Origin: a virus
Taxonomy: Duplodnaviria; Caudoviricetes
Reading direction: 5' to 3' (one strand)
Virus record (IMG/VR): IMGVR_UViG_3300025301_000010
Coordinates: 1 to 63,010 of that record
DNA length: 63,010 nt
This document shows, piece by piece, positions 47,601 through 56,204 of this stretch. Position 1 is the first letter of the stretch, and the number at the start of each line of letters is the position of its first letter. A model generated the notes under the pieces. The model made no database searches and was not told where the DNA came from. It saw nothing but the letters and a program-made list of their open reading frames with translations. Both the position numbers and the translations under genes were made by a program.

Positions 47601-50600
47601 ATAGCCTCCCGCATAGCCGGATCAACAAACGGCATGTTGTTCCAATGCTGACTGCTGCTCCACTGAGGAGCGGCAGGACCACCGCCTGCGCCTCCGCCTC
47701 CCCAGGGCGGTGTCCAGACACCCGCACCACCACCGCCACCCGCGCCACCACCGCCGCCGAACAGTTTCCGAATCCCTTTGATAAAATTATCTCCGAACGC
47801 TTTGGCCCCTGCTATTCCACCATCTTTAAACATACCCAGAAGCCCGGTCTCTCCGAATAAGTCCTTAAGATTTGCGGTAAACCCCGCATCAAATTCAACC
47901 TGCTTCCCGAAAAGAAACGAATGGGCGAACTGTTTAACCATATTTTTGCCAGCCATCTCGAACACGTCGCCCAATTCTTTAACGCCACTTTCGATAGACT
48001 CAAAAGACTTGTCAAAGATCTTCACGAGGTCAATAGTGTTCCTTTCCAGAATGGCGACATGATCCTGCACATCCTTATTGAGTTTCTTATTCAATCGCGT
48101 TTGCCGCAGCATATTTTGTATTTGGTGCTCTTGGTACTTCTTAATTATCCTCCCCTTCTCGTCCTCAACTTCCATACGGCGTAATGACATCTCGTACAGC
48201 CGCATATCCAATTCAAGTTGCCATTCCTTGGCATTATTGATGTCATTTTCGGTGATGAGCATCTCCATCATAATGGCGTTTTCCTGCAACGTCGCCTCCA
48301 TCTCATAGGCTTCCTCTAACTTCCGCCTCCGCAATGTCTCGCTATTTTGCTTCTTTAATAGCCCCGTATACGCAGCCGTCCTTTGTGCCTTTTGCTCATC
48401 CGTAATCTTCCATGCCCCAAAATTAGCAATGGTTGCTTCCTCTTCCACTCTTGCCTCTATTAGTGCCGCTCCATATAGCCCGATTTCTCTAGTCTGTTTT
48501 ATTATGCCTTGCGTTCGCTTATTCCAGGCGGAAATCGCAGCTTTTTCCGATTTTGTTAATTCCTTGTTCGCCTTCCCGGTTTCGCCCAATAGTTTGAACA
48601 TCTTCTGTAGGTTTTTCTCTAAGTCCTCCAGCGTTCCAGGGGGAAGTGCTCCTGGGATCTTTTTCAGTTCTTCCCATATGTTCGTCAGCTCTGTCCGGAA
48701 ATCCTCGAGAGCCTCTGCAGCAAAGGCATTCTTCACGTTCTTACCAGTTTCCGTTAATTTTCCCTCTAGAATGTCTATCCTTGCTAAAGTTTCTTTTACT
48801 TCCTTCTCAGTCATCCCCAGAGACTCCGCAGGATTAAATCCTTGCCTGAACTGTGACCTAATTGCGGGGAACCATGCTACAAGATTTGTCCAAAATTCTT
48901 TGGTTTTTTGGAGACTATCTAATTTGAGCGACAGCTCTAGCGCCCCCTTCTCTACCTGGGCCATGATCTTGATCACGCCGTGCCATGCTGTTTTCGCCGC
49001 CGCCACGATAAGTTTCCCAAACGCCACAAAAGCCGCGTAGGTATGCCCTATCGCCACTACCAGATGATTCAGTCCCCCCATATTCGCAGTCATTGTCATA
49101 ATCATGGCTGTGAACTTGATAATAAGCGGCGTAAGACCCACAAGCCCTTCCACCAGTTCCCCCGCTATTACTCCTACTAAATCTCCGAATTGTATTATCA
49201 ACTGCGCTATTGCTGCCGATAACTTCTTCATATCCTCTTCTGGTATTGTAAACGCGGACATCAGCCCTGCGAAGCCGAAAGTCTCTTGTGCAGTTTTATT
49301 GCTATCGTGCCATCCCGCCGGTAGCGCCACAGCCTCCCATTTACCCGCTGCCTTTGCCGCTGCCTTTTCCTCATCCGACATCCCAAACTGTCGCTGCAGC
49401 TGGAAAAATGCCCCTAATTCATCCCGCACCCCGATGATAATCTGCTTGAGTGCCTGAAACGGCAGGGTTAAGTCATCCCCGAATATTAAATTCCGAAAAA
49501 CTTTCATCGCGTCTAATAGCTGTGTCCAGGTATTCGCCATATCGAATGACGCCGCCTGGAAAGCTAGGGCTTGCCTATTCATCTCTCGAATCAACATGCC
49601 TTGGTTTTTATAGATACGTAACCGTTTGATATCGATGCCCATCGTTTCCAGAATCGTCTGACCCTGTCTTCGATTTAACTCGAAGATCTGACGAATTTCA
49701 GTCAACATCTTCTCGCCGTGCAGCCCTAACATTTTAGACATCTGCACGAGATTGGCAGTCAATATGATCCGTTCCCGGTCAGTGGCGATCTGCTGTGACC
49801 CAAAGGCCAACACCCGCTGTGAGGCGTCCAGTAGCTCCTCTGCCGTCCCGGCAACCCGTGTCGATAAGAGCAGCACTTCCCGCTGGAATGCAGCCGCTCG
49901 CCCTAAGTTAGCCTTATAGACTTTTGTGGCCTCCCCTAATGAAGCGAAATGCTCCGTTGTTTTGGAGGCATTTCCCATAATAGCGGCCATTGCGAACCTG
50001 GTCCGTTCTAAAGTGTTAAGGAAGCTGAATGTTTCCTTCACCATCTTGGTCATAAACCGTAGGGCCATTTGCAACTGCCGAACATACAGTCGAATAATTC
50101 CCGTTATGAGCTTCCAGGCCCCGAACCCAGCGCCAATTTTCAGCCCCGTCTTCAGGAGCCCACTCATCGTGACGGCTTCCTTATTGAATTTTTTGACCGA
50201 CTGGGTGGTTTGTTTTATTTTGGTATTGAATTTCCTTGTTTCCGTGGTGCCTTTTTTCGTCTCCTGCCATAATTGTCGGTGGGCATTTCGCAGATCTTTA
50301 TTCTTCGCCTCTAATCGCGCCAATATCGCGGCTTGCGCCCGGTACGCCCCATTCGACTGCAATGTGACCCGTCGCATTTGAACTGCCAGCTCCCGCTCCG
50401 TCTTCTTGCTGCTGAGGGCACTCTTTATTTCTATTTGGAGCTTCCGTTGGAGAGCAATCTCTTTCTGAAGTTCCGCCTTCCCCTGCTTCTTTGCCTTAAC
50501 GGCCTCACTCTCAACCCGTTGGACTTTCTGAGTCGCCGCCTGCACACCCCCCATCGTTTTGATGAGTTGGCGGAACAGTGCCTCAACATCTTTGAGTTCC

Positions 50601-50644
50601 TTCTGTCCCTTGACGACAATATTGAGGCGTATGGATTCGGCCAT
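44618..50644 (-). CDS. Tape measure protein B (2008 aa)
   Basis: Very long helical protein after the chaperones; C-terminal G.V..PT...VAE.GPE motif. Confidence 0.92.
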   Translation of the reverse strand: MAESIRLNIVVKGQKELKDVEALFRQLIKTMGGVQAATQKVQRVESEAVKAKKQGKAELQKEIALQRKLQIEIKSALSSKKTERELAVQMRRVTLQSNGAYRAQAAILARLEAKNKDLRNAHRQLWQETKKGTTETRKFNTKIKQTTQSVKKFNKEAVTMSGLLKTGLKIGAGFGAWKLITGIIRLYVRQLQMALRFMTKMVKETFSFLNTLERTRFAMAAIMGNASKTTEHFASLGEATKVYKANLGRAAAFQREVLLLSTRVAGTAEELLDASQRVLAFGSQQIATDRERIILTANLVQMSKMLGLHGEKMLTEIRQIFELNRRQGQTILETMGIDIKRLRIYKNQGMLIREMNRQALAFQAASFDMANTWTQLLDAMKVFRNLIFGDDLTLPFQALKQIIIGVRDELGAFFQLQRQFGMSDEEKAAAKAAGKWEAVALPAGWHDSNKTAQETFGFAGLMSAFTIPEEDMKKLSAAIAQLIIQFGDLVGVIAGELVEGLVGLTPLIIKFTAMIMTMTANMGGLNHLVVAIGHTYAAFVAFGKLIVAAAKTAWHGVIKIMAQVEKGALELSLKLDSLQKTKEFWTNLVAWFPAIRSQFRQGFNPAESLGMTEKEVKETLARIDILEGKLTETGKNVKNAFAAEALEDFRTELTNIWEELKKIPGALPPGTLEDLEKNLQKMFKLLGETGKANKELTKSEKAAISAWNKRTQGIIKQTREIGLYGAALIEARVEEEATIANFGAWKITDEQKAQRTAAYTGLLKKQNSETLRRRKLEEAYEMEATLQENAIMMEMLITENDINNAKEWQLELDMRLYEMSLRRMEVEDEKGRIIKKYQEHQIQNMLRQTRLNKKLNKDVQDHVAILERNTIDLVKIFDKSFESIESGVKELGDVFEMAGKNMVKQFAHSFLFGKQVEFDAGFTANLKDLFGETGLLGMFKDGGIAGAKAFGDNFIKGIRKLFGGGGGAGGGGGAGVWTPPWGGGGAGGGPAAPQWSSSQHWNNMPFVDPAMREAIRSGTRAPGSFASGTGGIGSWGGIGVSDMQNFWGGAGGGSSAYAQSMQNVQWGAPKPGWQGNIINPGGAAAGGVTPWGSAGMGGAAVSGIASLAGYKGTGGHIGATVGTMAMSISAISKPIIAFLSNTFGQLAGQLANYIIPGLGFLIGFAMEELLGALLAPGRIKQDKDEIRAFAKEIGLSGVDPQGGKSLTIRHQQADVEFAEQQGGLAALSLMYVDLDDKIEHVFGTMKRFTNQFQVGFLEAGLTMEEANEKVLELAEKMGFTIGTVVEQINKFAEETNLAEFREELEETGRSGNEMLFLSEMLKGGIEIATKFNPLIDATALSNRYLADAFREAGETAGLLDEDLASLEDRIRSGDLNIEDAIGALHDIGITSLRIQNIELDADQIEEELTRAMEQSAQALKGMSAAFAKGLEAGLKGGDVAAAAEAGFREVFRAALQEKAMATFIEENLAGLFEDFDFTKPIDMSSDAFQDLASGIGIAAEQLYALLEAANLLPNTIGAASAEMNVLNNALVAIKQQIIDVQLAFAANLVAIGAGSALDLQQQKHARTSSQLGIHSGLNLHEGGVWDLEQSSMEGLHAWAQAFANMRQAEVDLFQARAAAEQRRLQDEIDGINDRREADLEANAELVKAANDRLTLAREERAEIAQLAQEAKALAKNFEQSADKIGDMIRTIATGSSAFTTGERLGVLQLQEASLRTALAGAGAEDQPELFDQLAANLVAQLKMSRNQGSALTDETNTTLQELEDLQTQALAAAVAQRNIERDMNNTLTSIDNRIEADTDLITSLQEEANRINSAAKIAIEAAQDRSTAAVDQMRRETVARLHALHIREMQVWRGIEIKSQQRFLAEQDMNQKLEGTLNSLDETIETLNIHLTDLTNPPAPNGNNQTGGNNWNNWNNWQGFTSAASGYSGMVSRPTWFQVAERGPEHVQVTPVGESVPGPLHLTIAPTINVSGAANGKAVGQQVYRQIEDGIIRSMESGRLRGVLKKGH
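44894..44920 (-). repeat. 9-bp tandem repeat x3 (NNW)
   Basis: CCAGTTATT x3 on the + strand. Confidence 0.9.
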
Positions 50645-50657
50645 TTAGCGCAGCCTC

Positions 50658-51083
50658 TCACGATGGAAGTTTTGCAGCAGTCTTAACTTTCTTCTCTCGG
50701 TCTCGCAGCTTATTCTTCGCCCCAAACTTGCCATTTTCGATAGCGCGGACCCCACGAATGTAGAGTTCGAGCATGCTGCGATTATGGACGTTATGATAGT
50801 CGGTAAGGTACGAGCGGATCGTGGCATGCGGGATAAAACTTTCGCCCATGCCGCCTTGGGCATCTGGGAGAAGGTCATAATAGACGCCCACAATTTGCGC
50901 CTGGAACGGATTAAGATGAGGCCGACCTTGGAGCGTCTTGCGTATCGGGACGGATTCGGGATCGTCGGCGTCAGCAAGTTCGGACCTCAATTCACGTTGG
51001 AACTGTTCGATGAGTAATTCCCCGGTGGCTTCATTTTTCTGGTGAAGCACCTCCGTCCACTCGCCGAACGCCCTCAGTTTTTT
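50658..51083 (-). CDS. gpT-like part of the G-T fusion chaperone (-1 frameshift), module B
   Basis: A AAA AAC at 51083-51077; -1 frame reads LRAFGEWTEVLHQKNEATG into ORF 50658-51050. Confidence 0.8.
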   Translation of the reverse strand, partial: KKLRAFGEWTEVLHQKNEATGELLIEQFQRELRSELADADDPESVPIRKTLQGRPHLNPFQAQIVGVYYDLLPDAQGGMGESFIPHATIRSYLTDYHNVHNRSMLELYIRGVRAIENGKFGAKNKLRDREKKVKTAAKLPS

Positions 51084-51628
51084 TCCATTTCCTCAATCTC
51101 TTCCTTGCGGAAGTTTTCCTGATTAAGGGCCTGTTGCATGATGAACGCGAGGAGGGTGCGGTCCGCACTAATCAGCGCCTTCCAGAGATTATTCTCGTCA
51201 AAAGGGCGATCTTCCCGTGATCCATCTTCACTTGTGAACTTAATATTCTTCCAGTCGGACACGAGTGCTTGTGAGCGTTTCGCGGTGACGTAGTTCTGGA
51301 CTTTTTCGGGGATATTGTCGAGTTGGTAGTTAGACCCGAACCGATCCACGAGAAAATCTTCCATGCGCTTATTGACGTCCATCGACTTCTCGCATCCCGC
51401 TCGCCGCACTTTCAGTGAGGGGCCATCCGGTCCATACCGACCTTCATCGAGCGGACACCATACCCCGTCATCCTCTTTCCCTTGATCGAACACATTGTCA
51501 CCGAGAGAGAAGACCTCGAAGGTTTTTCCGTCCTTGGTAACTTTATGCTTCCCTTCCTCGAATTTCTGCAGATCTGCATCTACGGCTTCAAGCGTCTCCA
51601 TAGGCTCCACTTTCTTTTTTGCTGCCAT
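51074..51628 (-). CDS. Tail assembly chaperone (gpG-like), module B
   Basis: E..GVW, LKVRRAG, LVSDWKNI and A...ENFR...EKN ending at the slippery site. Confidence 0.85.
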   Translation of the reverse strand: MAAKKKVEPMETLEAVDADLQKFEEGKHKVTKDGKTFEVFSLGDNVFDQGKEDDGVWCPLDEGRYGPDGPSLKVRRAGCEKSMDVNKRMEDFLVDRFGSNYQLDNIPEKVQNYVTAKRSQALVSDWKNIKFTSEDGSREDRPFDENNLWKALISADRTLLAFIMQQALNQENFRKEEIEEMEKN

Positions 51629-51758
51629 ACCAGACTCCCATTGTCACTTGCGTTATTTCCCTCAGCAAGTGGTGAGGGGGAGAGGGAGTCTAATCCCCCC
51701 CCTCCATGTGGCGGTGGGGCGCAGCAAGTTCGGAAAGAACCCCACCTGCCCACACCGT

Positions 51759-52964
51759 TTATGCGTCAACCATGGACACGCACATTGTGTATGTCGATGG
51801 AATCCCGGCGGCTGCTGCTTTGAGTTTGCAGCCGATGTTGAAGTTGACGAGAATATCGTCATCAATGCCACCCGCTTGCGGTGTTCCGTCACTTAGGAAA
51901 TAGAACGCGGGGAGTTCGACAAAAATGGCATTCCCGGCAGCATCCTGGGCGTTGTAATGCAGACGCCGAGACGTGTGTGCCACGAAGTCACTGACTTCAT
52001 CCAACCGGCTATAGAAGATCCCCAGTGTCCCGGTGACCTCAAACGAACCCGCGTTAATGAACCCTGCGCCCTTTTGCCCGATCACGGACGGTCCGCGCAT
52101 CGAGTTATTGACCGTGAGGTTCACCGATTGCACCTGCACCGAACTAGCGGAGAGCTTTAGTCCGTCTAGCCGCACGGCTCCCGCATTCGCGGAGGCGGAC
52201 ATCACCGTATTCGATGATGCGGCAGTCGGAGCGTCATCCAAATCAGTGTCACTTGTGGTCATCGCCGTGCCCATGAAGTCATAGTTCGACTCGATGACGG
52301 CACCAGCGGCGAAGTTCAAATTCCAACTATTCACACGCATCCCGGTGAAGCGTTGAAATGAGTTCGCTGCCGTATCGGCTTGCTCTTTCTGGATGTAGTA
52401 AGACCGCGCCGTGGTGCCGTTAATGACCCGCTTGGCTGTCGCAACAGCAAGCGTAGCCCCTGATTCATTCACCAAGTCGGTTTCTTCTTCCGCTAAAAAA
52501 ATCTCGCTGTCCGTCACGGTTTTGACCATCTTGATGCCGTTATTGGCGCTATTCGAAAATCCCGAAATATTGATGGCCTGTCCCGCGACAATATTTCCCG
52601 TCGTATTAAATGATGGCGATGTGCCGGTGTTATCTATGCGCCGTGTCGAGGCAGTCATAATTCCGCCGGGTATCCCCGTTAATGCGGTAGCCGCATACGT
52701 GCCGCGCATGCTCGATTCAATGAAATCATCGTGAGCGGCATAACTCAGCTCATCGTTGAGCCCACCGGTGGCTTGGACCGCGGTTTCTATCCAGTCCGGC
52801 ACCTGTGCGTCACTCCGAATCCGCTGGGATCGTGAGGTTGTTTTGTTATGGGTGAGACTCTCCGATACCACTTCTTTGGTGGTCATATCGGGCGCGCCGG
52901 GAATCGTGTTGAAATCCGCTTCACGCTCAAATTGCACGGACACTCGATTGGTTTCGCCTGGCAT
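51759..52964 (-). CDS. Tail tube protein (Phage_tube_2-like, 401 aa)
   Basis: S..IRSD.Q, G.LN.ELSY, FTGMRVN...L and G.FEVTGTL. Confidence 0.85.
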   Translation of the reverse strand: MPGETNRVSVQFEREADFNTIPGAPDMTTKEVVSESLTHNKTTSRSQRIRSDAQVPDWIETAVQATGGLNDELSYAAHDDFIESSMRGTYAATALTGIPGGIMTASTRRIDNTGTSPSFNTTGNIVAGQAINISGFSNSANNGIKMVKTVTDSEIFLAEEETDLVNESGATLAVATAKRVINGTTARSYYIQKEQADTAANSFQRFTGMRVNSWNLNFAAGAVIESNYDFMGTAMTTSDTDLDDAPTAASSNTVMSASANAGAVRLDGLKLSASSVQVQSVNLTVNNSMRGPSVIGQKGAGFINAGSFEVTGTLGIFYSRLDEVSDFVAHTSRRLHYNAQDAAGNAIFVELPAFYFLSDGTPQAGGIDDDILVNFNIGCKLKAAAAGIPSTYTMCVSMVDA

Positions 52965-53105
52965 ACTGCACGTCCTTCCTCAGTCCGCGATATCAAATCG
53001 CATAGGTAGAGTAGCTCCCACAATCGGGGGAGACGGAGGTCGCGCCGAATCGGAGCGTTGCCTACCGTGTAGGATAGCAGATACGGACGCGGGAGGGGGG
53101 AGGAT

Positions 53106-53312
53106 TTACACCTCGAAGACTTTCTTGCATCGGCACCGAAACCTACCGGCCAAAATCTCGTTGGAATTTTGATAGGCGCAGACCCGTCCGCACTGGGGAC
53201 ATTTGGCCACCCAGATTTCAGCATCGACGTCCTGGACGTAGCGGCGTTCGAGTTGGATGCGCGGGACGTGTTCCCGCCTGTGTTCGTCCAAACGGGTCAC
53301 TTTGGCAGACAT
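53106..53312 (-). CDS. Com-like Zn-ribbon protein
   Basis: KCPQCGR...FRCRCKK; lies between the tail terminator and tube genes. Confidence 0.55.
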   Translation of the reverse strand: MSAKVTRLDEHRREHVPRIQLERRYVQDVDAEIWVAKCPQCGRVCAYQNSNEILAGRFRCRCKKVFEV

Positions 53313-53320
53313 GGATGCGG

Positions 53321-53779
53321 TTACGTGTACCGACGTTGTGCGGTGAACCGGGAGCGGATGGCTTGTTGCAGCCAACTCTCCTCTTCCCGTTCCGAGCCGA
53401 TATCGACATGCCGGTCAAACGTAATCTGACAATCCGTTTGTGAGCCGACGGTCAAATCGGTCATCCGCAAGATACGGGCGGCTTTCGAGGCAAGGAGGTT
53501 AATGGTGTCCCGCCCACTTTCACGGGGAACGTAGAGTACGCAGGTGGCAAGCCCATTGGCTCGGAAGCGGGGATTACTGGACCCGATACTCTCCTGACGT
53601 TCTTCGCCCCACTCGACCCTGAACCAGCACCAATTGATAGCACGTCCCGTGTCATCGACCTTATCGATCTCTGGGACGTTGACCATTTGCACCGCCGTGG
53701 TGGTGCCCCACTGCGTGAGGAAGTGGCCTTCGACGGCTTGTCGTTCAAAAGAAAGAATCGTGTCCGCGCTTAACGGCAT
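53321..53779 (-). CDS. Tail terminator-like protein (DUF4128-type)
   Basis: W....N, W.WFRV.WG....SIG and G......YVP...G. Confidence 0.75.
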   Translation of the reverse strand: MPLSADTILSFERQAVEGHFLTQWGTTTAVQMVNVPEIDKVDDTGRAINWCWFRVEWGEERQESIGSSNPRFRANGLATCVLYVPRESGRDTINLLASKAARILRMTDLTVGSQTDCQITFDRHVDIGSEREEESWLQQAIRSRFTAQRRYT

Positions 53780-54273
53780 TAGCCACGCCCTCGCTCTATT
53801 TTCGCACGGAGTTCGTCCACGGCATCGTGGGCAGCGAGCCGGATAAAGCCGTCAGGCGCTTGATTACTATACCCATCTTCCAGATCTGCCATGTATTCAA
53901 TATCAGAGACGAATTGGATCTTTGCCCCTTCCAGGTAGTACAAATCCCCGATAGCAGATCGAGCCTCACTACGTGCTGCATGATAACTAATGGGACTACT
54001 GCCTGTCCGGTCAGTCTCAACGCCGCCGCCAAAGACCTCGATATTGAGCAGGTCATCCCCACTCCCAGCCCCCACATCAATATACCACGACTGCTGGGCG
54101 TTCCCAGAAAACTCGTAGTCTGTTCCTTTGACGTTGTATGGGGTCCGTGACACGATCTTCCCATAGAGGTCTGCTGCCGTGAGACCTGCCTGCCGCCTGA
54201 CCCCACCGGGTAAATCTTTCGCCTGTTTCAAGAGACGTTCCGTGGCTTTTTTAAAATTATCAAATTCGATCAC
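53779..54273 (-). CDS. Neck protein, HK97 gp10-like
   Basis: IV.RTP....G.A..SW and Y...LE.GYS.QAP.G. Confidence 0.8.
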   Translation of the reverse strand: MIEFDNFKKATERLLKQAKDLPGGVRRQAGLTAADLYGKIVSRTPYNVKGTDYEFSGNAQQSWYIDVGAGSGDDLLNIEVFGGGVETDRTGSSPISYHAARSEARSAIGDLYYLEGAKIQFVSDIEYMADLEDGYSNQAPDGFIRLAAHDAVDELRAKIERGRG

Positions 54274-54629
54274 GACGCACCTCCCGCGTAGTTGCGTATC
54301 GGGTATGCCTGGGGAAGCCAGGTCGCCGCCTTGATCAGCGCCACGTCATGGGCGTATTCATCGCACAGTTGAACGGTTTCCACTTGGGTCCGCGCCAGTT
54401 TCCCTTCCCATTGCTCCAGATTTGTCACGTAGCACCACGCCCCGTCCGTTGCCTCACCGGACATCGGATGGGAGCCTTCCGTCCAGATGGGCTTCAGCGT
54501 CCGCACGAAGATGTCACGGCCTCGCAAAAACGCCGGGACCACTGCCATATCGCGGAAGACAGCCAACCGCCACGGCGGTGTCGTCGCATCAAAAAAAGTC
54601 CTGTTGGTGCGGCTATCACCCATCCTCAA
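54270..54629 (-). CDS. Hypothetical protein inserted in the neck operon
   Basis: Overlap-coupled to both neighbours. Confidence 0.5.
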   Translation of the reverse strand: MRMGDSRTNRTFFDATTPPWRLAVFRDMAVVPAFLRGRDIFVRTLKPIWTEGSHPMSGEATDGAWCYVTNLEQWEGKLARTQVETVQLCDEYAHDVALIKAATWLPQAYPIRNYAGGAS

Positions 54630-55036
54630 TCCTCTTCCTCGTCAACCAACTGCACGGAAACGTCGCGTGCGTCGTCTGCTGCTGGGGCGGGGCTTTTCAG
54701 CGCGGCCAGGGCAGCAGAGACTCCTGCGATGGCTTCCTTGACGTGCTCTTCCCGATCTGAGGCTAGGAGGCTCATGTCCATCGACTGATAATAGCTCATT
54801 CCGGCACGGTAGGCGTGACTATGGGCAGCACCGACAGACGGCGCACTAAGCCGTTGTTCGCCCGACTGCATCCCCGCGCCCCACCGACGCTCCCACTCTT
54901 TTTCATCCATTTCTTTCTTGTCCGTCGCGAGTCGCACCGCCCAGCGCAGCCAAATCCGGTCATCCGACCATTTATCCTCTCCCGGCAGACGATCCGCCAA
55001 CGCTAACATTAGTCCATGTAGCATTTCTATATCCAT
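54626..55036 (-). CDS. Hypothetical protein inserted in the neck operon
   Basis: GAGGAGGAG RBS before MDIEML. Confidence 0.55.
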   Translation of the reverse strand: MDIEMLHGLMLALADRLPGEDKWSDDRIWLRWAVRLATDKKEMDEKEWERRWGAGMQSGEQRLSAPSVGAAHSHAYRAGMSYYQSMDMSLLASDREEHVKEAIAGVSAALAALKSPAPAADDARDVSVQLVDEEED

Positions 55037-55047
55037 CACTCCTCCTC

Positions 55048-55434
55048 TCACACCAAGACCACATGACATGACCAAATCGCGTCTCCGCCGAGCAAGTGGG
55101 CCTCGCGGATCTGCCACGTCACGCCGTCGTCCTCAATGCGATCTTTATTCGGGCGAATACGCACCCCTGGCAGATCTTCGGCCAGTAGATAAATCCGCCG
55201 TTCCCGTCCCGTGTGGGGGGCCGTTGTCGTGCTCTCGTCCCCGTCCTGCCGGGCAGTCGCTCGCATCATCCGCACGGTCCAGGTCGATTCACTGCGCGTG
55301 ACATTGCCCGTCGTGGCGTTATTCGCGCCCACCACGACTCGGCGGAACACGGCAGCTGAGACATGGCCGCGATGTGCGGTAAAGACACGCCGCGCTGCCG
55401 CTTGGGTGCCGCTCTGCAACCCTAATAAGCTCAT
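55048..55434 (-). CDS. Head closure protein (module B)
   Basis: Y/N..TG, P...DRI..DG.TW.I pattern; follows the adaptor. Confidence 0.7.
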   Translation of the reverse strand: MSLLGLQSGTQAAARRVFTAHRGHVSAAVFRRVVVGANNATTGNVTRSESTWTVRMMRATARQDGDESTTTAPHTGRERRIYLLAEDLPGVRIRPNKDRIEDDGVTWQIREAHLLGGDAIWSCHVVLV

Positions 55435-55994
55435 CCTTGGATAATCCCCACGCTATGCTGCCCGAGTTCGATATACCCAAAGGGGGCAAACAAGGCTTGG
55501 ACATCCGGCGTGACCGATCCACGCAGCGGGTCCGTGCGATCTAGGGGGTTATTCGCAACTTTCACGCGACTCGTCTGTTGGTCGATGCGATCTTCCCGTT
55601 CCGCGACATCAACCGGGTCGTAGATCTCCCCGTCGATGCCCACGCTCCGTGACGCCACGCGCAGCATTGCGCCGACCATTTCTTTCTGCCCGGACTGCAC
55701 GTCCGTGGGAATGGTGGTGTAATCGACGGAGTTTCGGTTGCGGTCAATCAGACCGGACCTTGGGAACGACAAGGACTGGGTGGTCTCTACGAGACTGCCC
55801 CACCAGACGCCCCAGCGCGTCATGATCTCGGTTGCCCGTACCATGTACCGCAAGAGGGTGGCTTGGTCCACGTCTTCCGCAAGATCCGTATATAATGTCG
55901 AATTGAGGAGCCAGTCCCGTTGCTGCGCCTCCGTGACGAAGGTATTCGCACCGGCCACCACGCTCCCCGTTTCTACCACAAGGGTAATCGCCAC
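55431..55994 (-). CDS. Head-tail adaptor, DnaT-like family
   Basis: LVVETGS.V.GANTFV, QSLSFPR and IP..V...Q.E. Confidence 0.85.
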   Translation of the reverse strand: MAITLVVETGSVVAGANTFVTEAQQRDWLLNSTLYTDLAEDVDQATLLRYMVRATEIMTRWGVWWGSLVETTQSLSFPRSGLIDRNRNSVDYTTIPTDVQSGQKEMVGAMLRVASRSVGIDGEIYDPVDVAEREDRIDQQTSRVKVANNPLDRTDPLRGSVTPDVQALFAPFGYIELGQHSVGIIQG

Positions 55995-56006
55995 ACTCTC
56001 ACCCCT

Positions 56007-56180
56007 TTACATGCGGGATTTATCATCCGCTTTCCGTTTGCGAGACAGTGCGGAGGAGACTTTTGACCGAGCAGGTGGCCGTTCGTCGTACTTTGTATGG
56101 ACGGCAGGGTCATAGTCCGATTCATTAATCAGCATATAGCCCTGCCCATTTTGCACCTTCACGGTTTTTGCTTCAGCCAT
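56007..56180 (-). CDS. 57-aa head-associated protein (missing from the ORF track)
   Basis: GGAGGAG RBS; MAEAKTVKVQNGQGYMLINESDYDPAVHTKY; directly after the coat gene. Confidence 0.75.
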   Translation of the reverse strand: MAEAKTVKVQNGQGYMLINESDYDPAVHTKYDERPPARSKVSSALSRKRKADDKSRM

Positions 56181-56204
56181 ACGTCTCCTCCCTCACTGTT
56201 TCTG

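Noticed and set aside
51669-51705. tRNA-like 3' end on the minus strand (GGATTAGACTCCCTCTCCCCCTCACCA)
   Set aside because: No TTCRA loop, no matching 5' acceptor strand and no D or anticodon arms; it folds as a simple hairpin.
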